Program-made: the position numbers and the translations under genes | Source of the DNA: an uncultured Streptomycetaceae bacterium | Lineage (GTDB): Bacteria > Pseudomonadota > Gammaproteobacteria > Burkholderiales > SG8-41 | Reading direction: 5' to 3' | Assembly: GCA_964476235.1 (NCBI GenBank) | Contig: CAYYZZ010000002.1 | Coordinates: 1-39,663 of the forward strand | Length of the DNA stretch: 39,663 nucleotides | Part shown: piece by piece, positions 8,708-19,659 of the stretch | How the letters are laid out: each line of letters begins with the position of its first letter | Position numbering within the stretch: the stretch's first letter is position 1 | The notes under the pieces: generated by a model | Databases searched by the model: none | Seen by the model: only the letters and a program-made list of their open reading frames with translations | Told to the model about the DNA's origin: nothing

Positions 8708-9490
8708 TCAATTCGCGCAACGTAACCCGATATTATGGTGCCCCGACGCCGGATTGCGCGACAGGGTGCGCCCGCGCTGAGTGGTGGTGATCTCCTCGGC
8801 GGGGGAATCGTGCCCGCCGCCGCGCGTGCCGCGCACCGGGCCCGCCGCCGCATCCTCCCGGCCGTCTTTCGCGTCGTAGGGGTAGGGACGGTACGCGCTG
8901 GAGACCCATTCCCAGGCGTTGCCGGCCATGCCGTGCACGCCGTACGGGCTCGCGCCGGCGGGGAATGCATCCACCCGCGCGGTTTCGTTGAAGCGCGCGG
9001 AGAACTGCGCGCGCGTGCGATCCGGAGCGGAATTGCCCCACGGATAGCGCCTGCCGTCCGCACCGCGCGCCGCTTTTTCCCATTCCGCCTCCGTCGGCAG
9101 CCGCTTGCCGCGCCAGGCGCAGTAGTCGCGCGCCCCGGCCCAGGTCACTTCCACGACGGGATGGTTTTCGTAGCCTTTGTCGGCGCCCCACCGGTCCCCG
9201 ATCCGGTGAATTCTTGCGTCCGGGTCGTCGAAATCGAACAGGCGCTCGCCTTTCGGGTTGTGCGTCCCGACCGCATTCAGGAATTCGGCGAAACGGGCAT
9301 TGGTGACGGGGTGGCGATCGATGAGGAATGCGGCGAGGGTCAGTGGGTGGGCAGGACGCTCGTCGGCAGGGCCCTGATCGCTGCCCATGGTGAACGCACC
9401 GGTGGGAATCTCGATCATGCCTTCGGGCACGGCCGCGAGCGCCGTGCCGGCGCCGGCGATGAAGGCAAGCGCAGCGAGAGCCAGCCTCAT
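8708..9490 (-). CDS. Formylglycine-generating-enzyme family (SUMF1/FGE-sulfatase domain) secreted protein
   Basis: Signal peptide MRLALAALAFIAGAGTALAA. FGE-domain motifs are present (HPVTNARFAEF, WEWV, RGGGHDSP, C-terminal NIGLRCAN). The ATG at 9490 shares one nucleotide with the DUF1330 stop (TGATG on the minus strand). Confidence 0.85.
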   Translation of the reverse strand: MRLALAALAFIAGAGTALAAVPEGMIEIPTGAFTMGSDQGPADERPAHPLTLAAFLIDRHPVTNARFAEFLNAVGTHNPKGERLFDFDDPDARIHRIGDRWGADKGYENHPVVEVTWAGARDYCAWRGKRLPTEAEWEKAARGADGRRYPWGNSAPDRTRAQFSARFNETARVDAFPAGASPYGVHGMAGNAWEWVSSAYRPYPYDAKDGREDAAAGPVRGTRGGGHDSPAEEITTTQRGRTLSRNPASGHHNIGLRCAN

Positions 9491-9777
9491 CAAATCCCTT
9501 CCACCAGCAACATGCGCGTGCTTGCGGCCCGGTTGCGGATTTCGCACGCAGCCCGGTATTGCGGCGAGTCGTGCCATTCCTTCGCGCGCTCGATGCCGGG
9601 GAACTCGATGACGACGATGCGCTGCGGCTTCCAATCGCCGTCGAGGACTTCGAACTTGCCGCCGCGCACCGGGAATTTTCCGCCGTAGGCGGCGACCGAG
9701 GCGCCTGCCAGCTTGCGGTAGTCCTCTATCCTCACCGGGTCGGTCACGGTCATTTCGACGATCACATATGCCGCCAT
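9490..9777 (-). CDS. DUF1330-domain protein
   Basis: 95 aa from the internal ATG (MAAYVIVEMTVTDPVRIEDYRKL...EFPGIERAKEWHDSPQY), typical DUF1330. The longer ORF-track start would overlap tRNA-Val. Confidence 0.8.
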   Translation of the reverse strand: MAAYVIVEMTVTDPVRIEDYRKLAGASVAAYGGKFPVRGGKFEVLDGDWKPQRIVVIEFPGIERAKEWHDSPQYRAACEIRNRAASTRMLLVEGI

Positions 9778-9816
9778 CGCTTGCTCCCGTTTTGTCTTAC
9801 AACCCCCTGATTTTAT

Positions 9817-9845
9817 TTGAAGCAGCGGCTCGATTCCGATAAAAT
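9817..9845 (+). promoter_or_regulatory. Sigma-70-type promoter for tRNA-Val
   Basis: TTGAAG (9817-9822), 17-nt spacer, TAAAAT (9840-9845), about 20 nt upstream of the mature tRNA 5' end. Confidence 0.6.
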
Positions 9846-9864
9846 GCGAAGCCTCCAAGCTTCC

Positions 9865-9941
9865 AGGCGCGTAGCTCAGATGGTTAGAGCGCATCCTTGA
9901 CATGGATGAGGTCGTTGGTTCGATTCCAATCGCGCCTACCA
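9865..9941 (+). tRNA. tRNA-Val (anticodon GAC)
   Basis: Hand-folded 77-nt cloverleaf. Acceptor AGGCGCG/CGCGCCT, D stem GCTC/GAGC, anticodon stem CATCC/GGATG with loop TTGACAT, T arm GTTGG-TTCGATT-CCAAT, encoded CCA. Confidence 0.9.
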
Positions 9942-9996
9942 GATGTTAAATCCGGACGCGTGCGCCGGGCTGACTAGTGTGCCGGAGCGCGGAGCA

Positions 9997-10010
9997 GGGG
10001 CCCCTTTTTT
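9997..10010 (+). terminator. Possible terminator after tRNA-Val (GC palindrome plus T6)
   Basis: GGGGCCCC followed directly by TTTTTT. The stem is short, so the call is weak. Confidence 0.3.
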
Positions 10011-10085
10011 GGGGATGCGACCGCACAGGCACACAGGCGATCGACGTGATGCGGCTGGTTTCGAGCGATAGCCTTTCAGAGATCG

Positions 10086-10158
10086 CCGCGCGTTCGAACG
10101 GACGCTTAGGGCGCGGGAGCCGCGGCTCCCGTACATGGCCCCGCCGTTCAACGCGCGG
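10086..10158. repeat. Dispersed hairpin repeat CCGCGCGTTCGAACGG...CCGTTCAACGCGCGG (copy 1, with nested 16-bp palindrome GGGAGCCGCGGCTCCC at 10115-10130)
   Basis: Both arms recur at 31386-31424 without the nested palindrome. This copy ends 27 nt upstream of the thrS ATG. Confidence 0.85.
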
Positions 10159-10184
10159 TATTGTTTTAGCGCCATGAATTGATT

Positions 10185-12107
10185 ATGCCGGACATTCGCC
10201 TTCCCGACGGATCGGTCAGGAAATTCGACCAGCCCGTGACCGTGGCCGAGCTCGCGCAGAGCATCGGCCCGGGGCTCGCGCGCGCCGCGCTCGCGGGCAG
10301 GGTCAACGGCAAGCTGGTGGATACGTCCCACCGCATCGAATCCGACGCGGAGGTCGTGATCATCACCGAGAAGGACCGCGAGGGCCTGGAACTCCTGCGG
10401 CATTCCACGGCGCATCTCCTGGCGCACGCGGTGAAGCAGCTGTTCCCCGACGCACAGGTCACCATCGGCCCGGTGATCGAGGACGGCTTCTATTACGATT
10501 TTGCCTACAAGCGGCCGTTCACGCCGGAAGACCTCGCCGCCATCGAGAAGCGCATGCAGGAGATCGCGAAGCGCGACATCAAGGTCGAGCGGCAGGTGAT
10601 GCCGCGCGACGAGGCGGTGAAGTTCTTCAAGGACCAGGGCGAGCACTACAAGGCCGAGATCATCGCGGCGATCCCCAGCGGCGAGACGATCTCGCTCTAC
10701 CGGCAGAACAACTTCATCGACCTGTGCCGGGGGCCGCACGTGCCGTCGACCGGCAAGTTGAAGGTGTTCAAGCTGATGCGGGTGGCGGGCGCCTACTGGC
10801 GCGGCGACTCGAAGAACGAGATGCTGCAGCGGATTTACGGCACCGCGTGGGGAAAGAAGGAGGACCAGGACGCCTACCTGCACCGGCTCGAGGAAGCGGA
10901 AAAGCGCGACCATCGCAAGCTCGGCAAGCAGCTCGAGCTGTTCCATACCCAGGACGAGGCGCCGGGCATGGTGTTCTGGCATCCCAGGGGCTGGGTGATC
11001 TGGCAGCGCATCGAGCAATACATGCGGCGCATCCTCGACGAGAACGGCTATTCCGAGGTGCGGGCGCCGCAGGTGCTCGACGTCTCGCTGTGGAAGCGCT
11101 CGGGGCACTGGGACAATTTCCGCGAGAACATGTTCTTCACCGAATCGGAGTCGCGCGATTACGCGGTGAAGCCGATGAACTGCCCGGGGCACGTCCAGAT
11201 CTTCAACCAGGGGCTGAAAAGCTACCGGGACCTGCCGCTGCGGCTCGCCGAGTTCGGCTCCTGCCACCGCAACGAGCCGTCCGGCGCCCTGCACGGGCTG
11301 ATGCGGGTGCGGGGCTTTACCCAGGACGATGCCCACATTTTCTGCACCGAGGCCCAGGTCGAGCCGGAAGTGATCCGCTTCATCGACCTGTTGCAGCGCG
11401 TCTATGCCGATTTCGGCTTCGACGAGATCCTGGTCAAGTTCTCCACCCGTCCGGCGAAGCGCGTCGGCACCGACGAGCAGTGGGACAAGGCCGAAGCGGC
11501 GCTGAAGGTGGCGCTCGACCGCAAGGGCCTGAAATACGACCTGCAACCCGGGGAGGGGGCGTTCTACGGCCCCAAGATCGATTTCTCGCTCAAGGACAGC
11601 CTCGCCCGGGTGTGGCAGTGCGGCACCATGCAGCTCGATTTTTCGATGCCGGGCCGGCTCGGGGCCGAGTACGTCGGGGAGGACAACGCGCGCCATGTGC
11701 CGGTGATGCTGCACCGGGCGGTCCTGGGTTCCTTCGAGCGTTTCATCGGCATCCTGATCGAGCACTACGCGGGGGCGATGCCGGTGTGGCTCGCGCCGGT
11801 CCAGGTGGTGGTGATGAACATCACCGAGCATCAGTCGGACTACGCGAACCGCATCAGGGACGGGCTCCGGCAGGCCGGTTTGCGCGCCGTGGCCGACTTG
11901 AGGAATGAGAAAATTTCCTATAAAATTCGGGAACATAGTCTGCAAAAGCTGCCCTACCAGGTCATCGTCGGTGACAAGGAAAAGGCGGCGCAACAGGTTG
12001 CCGTGCGCACCCGCAAGGGCGAGGATCTCGGCCAGATGAGTCTGGCCGATTTCGTCTCAAGGCTCAGGGCCGAGGAAGCCCGGCTGGGACGCGCGGCGCA
12101 AGAGTAA
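10185..12107 (+). CDS. thrS: Threonine--tRNA ligase
   Basis: 640 aa starting [14 protein letters not shown] (TGS domain). Class II motifs and the [19 protein letters not shown] region are present. ATG at 10185 is preferred over the TTG at 10179. Confidence 0.97.
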   Translation: MPDIRLPDGSVRKFDQPVTVAELAQSIGPGLARAALAGRVNGKLVDTSHRIESDAEVVIITEKDREGLELLRHSTAHLLAHAVKQLFPDAQVTIGPVIEDGFYYDFAYKRPFTPEDLAAIEKRMQEIAKRDIKVERQVMPRDEAVKFFKDQGEHYKAEIIAAIPSGETISLYRQNNFIDLCRGPHVPSTGKLKVFKLMRVAGAYWRGDSKNEMLQRIYGTAWGKKEDQDAYLHRLEEAEKRDHRKLGKQLELFHTQDEAPGMVFWHPRGWVIWQRIEQYMRRILDENGYSEVRAPQVLDVSLWKRSGHWDNFRENMFFTESESRDYAVKPMNCPGHVQIFNQGLKSYRDLPLRLAEFGSCHRNEPSGALHGLMRVRGFTQDDAHIFCTEAQVEPEVIRFIDLLQRVYADFGFDEILVKFSTRPAKRVGTDEQWDKAEAALKVALDRKGLKYDLQPGEGAFYGPKIDFSLKDSLARVWQCGTMQLDFSMPGRLGAEYVGEDNARHVPVMLHRAVLGSFERFIGILIEHYAGAMPVWLAPVQVVVMNITEHQSDYANRIRDGLRQAGLRAVADLRNEKISYKIREHSLQKLPYQVIVGDKEKAAQQVAVRTRKGEDLGQMSLADFVSRLRAEEARLGRAAQE

Positions 12108-12126
12108 CGGGGCAGCGGAGGGCTAC

Positions 12127-12765
12127 ATCGCACAGGAAAAGGAACCGCGGATCAACGGCGAGATCAACGCGCCGGAAATCCGGTTGATAGGGGCCAACGG
12201 CGAGCAGGTCGGCGTAGTGAGTCTGGCCGCGGCCAACAAGCTGGCCGAAGAAGCCGAGCTCGATCTCGTCGAGATCGCACCCACAGCGGTGCCGCCGGTG
12301 TGCCGCGTCATGGATTACGGGAAATACAAGTACCGTGAGGCCAAGAAGCGCCACGAGGCGAAGCTCAAGCAGAAGCAGATCATCGTCAAGGAGATCAAGT
12401 TCCGTCCCGGCACCGACGAGGGCGATTACAAGATCAAGCTGCGCAACCTGACGCGCTTCCTGGAAGAGGGCGACAAAGCCAAGATCACCCTGCGCTACCG
12501 TGGACGCGAGATGGCGCACCAGGAGCTGGGGGTGCGCCTGATCGAGCGGGTGAGGGGCGACCTCGAGTCGTACAGCGTAGTGGAACAGTACCCGAAGATG
12601 GAAGGCCGCCAGCTGATCATGGTGCTGGCGCCGAAGAAAACCGGCAAGCCTGCACAGAAGGCCGCCGTGAAGACGGGAGCGCTGAAGAAGAAAGCGGCGG
12701 CTCCCGCGAAAGCAGCAGCCACCGAGCCCGCGGCGGAAGCCGAGGCCGGTGTTGCGAAGAAGTAG
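12127..12765 (+). CDS. infC: Translation initiation factor IF-3, non-canonical ATC start
   Basis: The conserved IF-3 N-terminus (RINGEI..EIRLIG..GEQ.G) lies upstream of the first canonical start (TTG 12184). The only in-frame candidates there are ATC codons. ATC at 12127 has GGAGG (12117-12121) 5 nt upstream. The rest matches IF-3 ([33 protein letters not shown]). Confidence 0.88.
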   Translation: MAQEKEPRINGEINAPEIRLIGANGEQVGVVSLAAANKLAEEAELDLVEIAPTAVPPVCRVMDYGKYKYREAKKRHEAKLKQKQIIVKEIKFRPGTDEGDYKIKLRNLTRFLEEGDKAKITLRYRGREMAHQELGVRLIERVRGDLESYSVVEQYPKMEGRQLIMVLAPKKTGKPAQKAAVKTGALKKKAAAPAKAAATEPAAEAEAGVAKK

Positions 12766-12842
12766 TTTCGAGAAGAAGTAGTTGTCCGGGTTTCAAGACC
12801 TCCACCCGGAGGCACCCGGCGCTATGTCAAAAAGGAGTTGTC

Positions 12843-13037
12843 ATGCCGAAGTTGAAGACCAAGCGCGGCGCCGCCAAGCGCTTCCGCAAGCGCGCCGGCG
12901 GAAGCATCAAGCGCGGCAAGGCGTTCCTGCGCCACATCCTCACCAAGAAGAACACCAAGCGCAAGCGTCACCTGCGCGGTGGCACCAATGTGCATCACGC
13001 GGACCAGGCATCGGTCCGCGTGATGCTCCCCTACTAA
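12843..13037 (+). CDS. rpmI: 50S ribosomal protein L35
   Basis: 64 aa starting [14 protein letters not shown], with AAGGAG Shine-Dalgarno upstream. Confidence 0.97.
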   Translation: MPKLKTKRGAAKRFRKRAGGSIKRGKAFLRHILTKKNTKRKRHLRGGTNVHHADQASVRVMLPY

Positions 13038-13047
13038 GGAGGACACT

Positions 13048-14461
<1,414 letters not shown>

Positions 14462-14462
<1 letters not shown>

Positions 14463-14622
14463 CCGCAAAGACGCTAAGGCGCCAAGAAAACGGAATGAAT
14501 GAACATCAAGAAGCAAGGCAGTGGAGGGAACGTGCGATCGGCTGTTCTGCTTCTTTTGGTCGAACAGGTAATTCGTTATTGATTATTGATCGGATTCCTT
14601 GGCGTCTTGGCGTCTTGGCGGC
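14462..14622. repeat. Heptad-periodic inverted repeat (GCCGCAA/AGACGCC subfamily) between pheS and pheT
   Basis: Left arm GCCGCAAAGACGCTAAGGCGCCAAG (14462-14486). Right arm CCTTGGCGTCTTGGCGTCTTGGCGGC (14597-14622). The ~110-nt AT-richer loop has an inner stem (AAGAAGCAAGGCAG / CTGTTCTGCTTCTT). Confidence 0.9.
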
Positions 14623-14631
14623 TATTTTAAA

Positions 14632-16986
14632 ATGAAGTTTTCAGAGAACTGGCTCCGCACCTTCGTCAACCCGCCACTCCCCACGCGCGAGCTGGCGAAC
14701 GCGGTCACCATGAGCGGGGTCGAGGTGGAGCACATCGAGCCGGCTGCCCCGCCGTTCGACGGCGTCGTGGTGGGGGAGGTGCTCACAGTCGAGCGTCATC
14801 CCGATGCCGACCGCCTGACGGTGTGCCAGGTGAACGTGGGCGGGAAGACTCTTACCATCGTCTGCGGCGCGCCCAACGTCGCGCCCGGCATCAAGGTGCC
14901 GGCGGCGCTGCCGGGGGCGAATCTGCCCGCTGTCACGATCAAGGTTGCCAAGGTGCGCGGCGTGGAGTCGCACGGCATGCTGTGCTCGGCGAAGGATCTC
15001 GGGCTGGCCGATGAATCAGCCGGTCTGCTGATACTGTCTCCCGGCGCGGCGGTTGGCTCCGACGTGCGCAAGCTGCTCGACCTGGACGATTACTTGCTGA
15101 CGCTCAAGCCCACGCCCAACCGCGGCGATTGCCTGAGCCTGCTCGGCGTTGCCAGGGAGGTTTCGGCCGTGACCGGCGGCTCGCTGACCCCGCCCGAATC
15201 GCGTACGGTACGCACCACGGCCACCGACCGCTTGGGCGTCACGCTGGAGGCGCCGCAGGCGTGCCCGCGCTACTGCGGGCGGCTGGTGAAAGGGGTCACT
15301 GCCGGCGCGCAGACGCCGGACTGGATGGCGCAGCGGCTCGCGCGCAGCGACATTCGCTCGAGCAGCGCGCTGGTGGACATCACCAACTACGTCATGCTCG
15401 AGCTGGGCCAGCCGCTGCATGCATTCGACGCGGCGAAGCTGGAGGGCGGCATCCGGGTGCGTTACGCGAAAGCAGGGGAGAAGCTGACGCTCCTCAACGG
15501 CGAGGCGCCGCCGCTCACACCCGCGTTCCTGGTCATCGCCGACGAGGCGAAGGCGGTCGCGCTGGCCGGCATCATGGGCGGCCTCGATACCTCGGTGAGC
15601 GACGCCACACGCGACGTGTTCCTGGAGAGCGCATTTTTCAGCCCGGAGGCGATTGCGGGCAAGGCCCGCCTGCTCAATTTCGCCTCGGACTCTTCCTACC
15701 GCTTCGAGCGCGGCGTCGATTTCGCGGGGACGCTGGCGGCGCTCGAGCGCGCCACCCAGCTCGTCCTCGAAATCTGCGGGGGCTCGGCGGGGCCGGTCAC
15801 GGAGGCGCGTGCTGTGCTGCCGTCGCGCGACCCGGTACGGCTGCGGCTCGCGCGCGTCGAGCGGCTGCTGGGCATCAAGCTCGACGGCATCCAGGTGAGC
15901 GAGATCCTCCGCCGGCTGCGCTTCGAATTCACCGCCGCAGAGGGCGAGTTCCGGGTGACGCCGCCGAGCTACCGCTTCGACATCGTGATCGAGGAGGACC
16001 TGGTCGAGGAACTGGCGCGCATCCACGGCTACGACCGGATACCGGCCACCATGCCCGTGGCGCCGGCTACCCTGCTGCCGGCGCTGGAGGGGAAGCGCGA
16101 CACTGCCGCGATGCGCGGGCTGCTGGTTGCGCGCGATTACCAGGAAATCGTGAGCTACAGCTTCGTGGATGCGGCATGGGAGAGTGATTTCGCGGGCAAT
16201 GCCGCTCCGGTGGCGCTGGCCAACCCGATCGCAAGCCAGATGAGCGTGATGCGCTCGACGCTGGCCGGCGGGCTGATCAGCAGCCTCGCCTACAATGTCA
16301 GCCGCAAGCAGCCCCGCGTCCGGCTGTTCGAGGTCGGCCGCTGCTTCATGACGGGGGCATCGGGGACGTACCACCAGCCGGTACGGATCGGGGGCCTGGC
16401 CTACGGCGACGCCCGCCACGAGCAGTGGGGGCTCAAGGGGCGTCCCGCGGACTTCTACGACGTCAAGAGCGACGTCGAGGCGCTGCTCGCTCCGCGCGCC
16501 GCCGAATTCCGCCCGGCCGGGCACCCCGCATTGCATCCCGGCAAGTCGGCCCGGATCATCATCGGGGATATGACGGCGGGCTGGATCGGGGAATTGCATC
16601 CGCGCTGGCAACGGAAGTATGATTTACCGCTTCCCCCGGTCCTGTTCGAACTCGATCTGGATGCGCTCAGCGAGCGGGGGCTGCCGGCCTACAACGAAAC
16701 CTCGAAATATCCGCCGGTGCGGCGCGACATCGCCGCCGAAGTCGACGAGGAAGTCAGCTATCAGGCGATACTGGAGGGCCTGCGCCGGGAACAACCCGCA
16801 ATCGTGACCGAAATCGGGCTGTTTGACATCTACCACGGTACGGGTGTAGAAAAAGGAAAAAAGAGTCTTGCTTTCAGGGTGTTATTACAGGATACTCGCA
16901 AAACTCTGACCGACGCGGAAGTCGAATCCGCGATCTCGCAGTTGCGCCGGATACTACAGCAGCAATTCAACGCGAAATTCCGTTGA
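14632..16986 (+). CDS. pheT: Phenylalanine--tRNA ligase beta subunit
   Basis: 784 aa from [11 protein letters not shown]. tRNA-binding, B3/4, B5 and FDX-ACB regions are recognisable. ATG at 14632 lies just after the repeat. Confidence 0.97.
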   Translation: MKFSENWLRTFVNPPLPTRELANAVTMSGVEVEHIEPAAPPFDGVVVGEVLTVERHPDADRLTVCQVNVGGKTLTIVCGAPNVAPGIKVPAALPGANLPAVTIKVAKVRGVESHGMLCSAKDLGLADESAGLLILSPGAAVGSDVRKLLDLDDYLLTLKPTPNRGDCLSLLGVAREVSAVTGGSLTPPESRTVRTTATDRLGVTLEAPQACPRYCGRLVKGVTAGAQTPDWMAQRLARSDIRSSSALVDITNYVMLELGQPLHAFDAAKLEGGIRVRYAKAGEKLTLLNGEAPPLTPAFLVIADEAKAVALAGIMGGLDTSVSDATRDVFLESAFFSPEAIAGKARLLNFASDSSYRFERGVDFAGTLAALERATQLVLEICGGSAGPVTEARAVLPSRDPVRLRLARVERLLGIKLDGIQVSEILRRLRFEFTAAEGEFRVTPPSYRFDIVIEEDLVEELARIHGYDRIPATMPVAPATLLPALEGKRDTAAMRGLLVARDYQEIVSYSFVDAAWESDFAGNAAPVALANPIASQMSVMRSTLAGGLISSLAYNVSRKQPRVRLFEVGRCFMTGASGTYHQPVRIGGLAYGDARHEQWGLKGRPADFYDVKSDVEALLAPRAAEFRPAGHPALHPGKSARIIIGDMTAGWIGELHPRWQRKYDLPLPPVLFELDLDALSERGLPAYNETSKYPPVRRDIAAEVDEEVSYQAILEGLRREQPAIVTEIGLFDIYHGTGVEKGKKSLAFRVLLQDTRKTLTDAEVESAISQLRRILQQQFNAKFR

Positions 16987-16997
16987 AAGGGGACAAC

Positions 16998-17300
16998 ATG
17001 ACGTTAACCAAGGCCGAACTCGCGGACCTTCTGTTCGAGAAGGTCGGGTTCAACAAGCGCGAAGCGAAGGACATGGTCGAATCGTTCTTCGAAGAGGTGA
17101 GGACCGCGCTCGAGAACGGGCAGGGCGTGAAGCTCTCCGGCTTCGGTAATTTCCAGTTGCGCGACAAGCCGCAGCGCCCGGGCAGGAACCCCAAGACGGG
17201 CGAGGAGATCCCGATCACGGCGCGCCGCGTCGTGACGTTCCACGCTTCGCAGAAGCTGAAGGCGATGGTGGAGCAGAACTATCATGGAAGCAAGCCATAG
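16998..17300 (+). CDS. ihfA: Integration host factor subunit alpha
   Basis: 100 aa: [33 protein letters not shown]...[12 protein letters not shown]. Confidence 0.96.
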   Translation: MTLTKAELADLLFEKVGFNKREAKDMVESFFEEVRTALENGQGVKLSGFGNFQLRDKPQRPGRNPKTGEEIPITARRVVTFHASQKLKAMVEQNYHGSKP

Positions 17301-17661
17301 CCCGAGGGCGCAGCTGCCGCCGATTCCGGCGAAGCGCTACTTCACCATCGGTGAAGTGAGCGAGCTGTGCGGCGTGAAGCCGCACGTGCTGCGCTATTGG
17401 GAGCAGGAGTTCACCCAGCTGAAACCGGTCAAGCGGCGCGGCAACCGGCGCTACTACCAGCACCACGAGGTGCTGCTGATCCGCCGCATCAGGGAATTGC
17501 TCTACGACCAGGGTTTCACCATCAGCGGTGCGCGCAACCGGTTGGACGAGCTGGGGTCCGAGCCCGCCAAAGCGGCGCGGGCGTCCTCGTTATCCCGTCC
17601 CAACCTCGCCACCGTCCTGCGCAAGGAAATCAAGAGCGTGCTCGAATTGCTTCGAGCTTAG
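17284..17661 (+). CDS. MerR-family transcriptional regulator (conserved ihfA-downstream gene)
   Basis: [28 protein letters not shown]. Overlaps the ihfA 3' end by 17 nt. Confidence 0.85.
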   Translation: MEASHSPRAQLPPIPAKRYFTIGEVSELCGVKPHVLRYWEQEFTQLKPVKRRGNRRYYQHHEVLLIRRIRELLYDQGFTISGARNRLDELGSEPAKAARASSLSRPNLATVLRKEIKSVLELLRA

Positions 17662-17708
17662 GATTTTGCCGCATTTGCCTGCGACGAAATCCTTAAAGGG
17701 GGTAACAA

Positions 17709-17757
17709 AATGAAGGAACACTCCCCTCATGCTTCCCTACATCCGGGGCCGTTTCAG
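17709..17757. repeat. Dispersed ~50-nt repeat, copy 1 (AATGAAGGAACACTCCCCTCATGCTTCCCTACATCCGGGGCCGTTTCAG)
   Basis: Roughly 80-85% identical by eye to 30696-30745. Confidence 0.8.
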
Positions 17758-17810
17758 TCGGCTAGTCTCAAGAATCGATTCGGCGGCCGAAAACTTCGTT
17801 AATTGTTTAT

Positions 17811-17841
17811 GAAATCCGCCGTCGGGCGGTGGATTTCATTT
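17811..17841 (+). terminator. Rho-independent terminator closing the thrS...ihfA-merR block
   Basis: GAAATCCGCCG...CGGTGGATTTC forms an 11-bp stem (with G-U pairs) followed by ATTTT. Confidence 0.6.
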
Positions 17842-17850
17842 TGGTATAAT
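17842..17850 (+). promoter_or_regulatory. Extended -10 promoter (TGgTATAAT) for tRNA-Pro
   Basis: TGGTATAAT ends 10 nt upstream of the tRNA 5' end. No good -35 element. Confidence 0.55.
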
Positions 17851-17859
17851 TCGCGGCCT

Positions 17860-17936
17860 CGGGGCGTAGCGCAGCCTGGTAGCGTACCGGCATGGGGTGC
17901 CGGTGGTCGTGAGTTCAAATCTCACCGCCCCGACCA
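17860..17936 (+). tRNA. tRNA-Pro (anticodon GGG)
   Basis: Hand-folded 77-nt cloverleaf. Acceptor CGGGGCG/CGCCCCG, anticodon stem CCGGC/GCCGG with loop ATGGGGT (G37), T arm GTGAG-TTCAAAT-CTCAC, encoded CCA. Confidence 0.9.
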
Positions 17937-17941
17937 ATTTT

Positions 17942-18017
17942 CGTGATTCGTGAATCGTGAGTCGTGAATCGACTAGACCGGTTCTTGCCAGGGCCGAATC
18001 ACGAATCACCAATCACG
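17942..18017. repeat. Heptad-periodic inverted repeat (GTGAWTC subfamily)
   Basis: Left arm CGTGATTCGTGAATCGTGAGTCGTGAATCGA (17942-17972). Right arm CGAATCACGAATCACCAATCACG (17995-18017). The loop is 22 nt. Confidence 0.92.
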
Positions 18018-18022
18018 CTTGT

Positions 18023-18490
18023 CTAGTTCTTCAGGCGCACGGTGTGGCCGAGGTTCGCGCAGTCCTCGTCGATCTTTAGTCCCGCCGCGCGGATGCCGTG
18101 CGCGGCGAGCTCCTCGTCGCGTTCCTGGGTGTCGCCGGTGACACCGACGGCGCCGATTACCTCGCCGCGCTCGTTGCGGATCAGTCTGCCGCCGCCTTCC
18201 GGGAAGATTTTTCCGTCCGAGGCATTGATGAGGTAGTTCATGAACAGCGGCCGCTCCTCGGTGCGAACCCGCACCAGGCTGGAGGAGCGCCCGAGCGCGA
18301 GGGCGGCAAAAGCCTTGCCCATCGCCATTTCGAACCGCATCATCGCTGACCCGTCCTCCTTCCTGAAGGCCTTGACGTGGGCGCCGGGATCGGTGACCGC
18401 GACGCTCAACGGCCGGCAGCCGAGTTCGCGCCCGCGGGCGAGGATGGCGTCAATGATGCGATCGGACTGTTCCAGTGTGACCTCGGACAT
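18023..18490 (-). CDS. GlcG/HbpS-like (DUF336) haem-binding family protein
   Basis: 155 aa. The pattern ...AVTDPGAHVKAF.EDG......MA.GKA.AA......S is typical of the family. Confidence 0.8.
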   Translation of the reverse strand: MSEVTLEQSDRIIDAILARGRELGCRPLSVAVTDPGAHVKAFRKEDGSAMMRFEMAMGKAFAALALGRSSSLVRVRTEERPLFMNYLINASDGKIFPEGGGRLIRNERGEVIGAVGVTGDTQERDEELAAHGIRAAGLKIDEDCANLGHTVRLKN

Positions 18491-18605
18491 TTCACCCCCC
18501 CGAATTACTGGACCGCGCGCCGTGCGACGGTCCCTGATGGTAAAACCTCTTCCGGAAAATCCCGCTTTTGACTTGGGTGATACGGCATTTCTGCCTCCGT
18601 GAGTG

Positions 18606-18635
18606 TTGACTTGCGGATTGCCGCGACCTTATACT
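18606..18635 (+). promoter_or_regulatory. Sigma-70-type promoter for the 18680-23784 plus-strand cluster
   Basis: TTGACT (18606-18611), 18-nt spacer, TATACT (18630-18635). Confidence 0.5.
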
Positions 18636-18679
18636 TTTTTACGCACCCCCGGCCCCTGTCAACTAGTGGTGACGCAACC

Positions 18680-19552
18680 ATGTCTGCACAGACCGTCCGT
18701 CCGATCGTCACGATCTCCCCGAACAACCCGGTGTTCGATCTTCCCATTTACGTCGCTCGCGACGAGGGACTGTTCGAGAGCGCCGGCATCGAGGCGCGCT
18801 TTCAGGCCAAGTACTCGGAACGCAACGCCTCCGACCGGGACGCGTTCCAGAGGCTGAAAGAGTCGCTGTTCGAGCAGGGCAAGGCCGATGTCTACAACCT
18901 CTGTGAGTGGGCGGGCATCGATCGCAGCCAGCGCAGCTGCCGCGGAGCCCAGGTTCTCGCGTTGCGGCCGGCTGTCGGCGCGCAGGCGATTATCACCTTC
19001 GACAGCGCAATCCAGGAACCGCGCGACCTCTCCGGCATTGCCGTCGGGATTAACGATCGCACCGGATCGCACTATACAACACTGCAGAGCCTGGAGGGCG
19101 CCCTGCCTCGCAGCGAGATTGTTGTCGAGCACGTCGGCATCCCGGAGCAGCGCTACGAGGCGCTGAAGCGGGGAAGCATACGCGCTGTCGCGGTGATGGA
19201 GCCGTTCATCAGCCTCGGGCTCAAAGAGGGCGCGCACCTCGTCGACGTCACGTTCTATCGAGGGGCGGAAGTGATTGCGCCCGCGCTCCTGCCCGAACAG
19301 CGTGCCGCGTACCTCGATGCCATCAACTCGGCAGCCGACCTTATCACGGCGGACTTCGGCAAGTACAAGCACTACGTCACCGAGCAAACGAAGGGCGCGC
19401 TTGCCCCGCACGAGATGAGCGACCGCTTCGTGCGCTACACGCACTACGTCGCCTACGAGCCGAAACGGTTCAGACAGGTGTACGAGTGGATGCGCTCGTG
19501 GGGGCTCGCCACGGGTGAGGCGGACCACGCAACACTGGTGGCGAGCTTGTAG
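18680..19552 (+). CDS. NMT1/THI5-like (SsuA/TauA-type substrate-binding fold) protein, no signal peptide
   Basis: 290 aa from ATG 18680. Fold-typical segments are VTISPNNPVFDLPIYVARDEGLFESAGIE and GIAVGINDRTGSHY. Confidence 0.65.
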   Translation: MSAQTVRPIVTISPNNPVFDLPIYVARDEGLFESAGIEARFQAKYSERNASDRDAFQRLKESLFEQGKADVYNLCEWAGIDRSQRSCRGAQVLALRPAVGAQAIITFDSAIQEPRDLSGIAVGINDRTGSHYTTLQSLEGALPRSEIVVEHVGIPEQRYEALKRGSIRAVAVMEPFISLGLKEGAHLVDVTFYRGAEVIAPALLPEQRAAYLDAINSAADLITADFGKYKHYVTEQTKGALAPHEMSDRFVRYTHYVAYEPKRFRQVYEWMRSWGLATGEADHATLVASL

Positions 19553-19659
19553 CGCATCGCGTGCGCTCGCGCGTGGCCGGCGCTACTTCTCGGGCACTAC
19601 GTTACGGTGATTGTCTGCAGCGTGGTCGGCTTGATGACGTAGTATCGAGGAGGATACTT

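Noticed and set aside
9936-11993. 685-aa minus-strand ORF antisense to thrS, and the 394-aa plus-strand out-of-frame ORF at 10724-11908
   Set aside because: Both lie inside thrS, whose frame has unmistakable synthetase motifs. Their composition is that of a high-GC off-frame translation.
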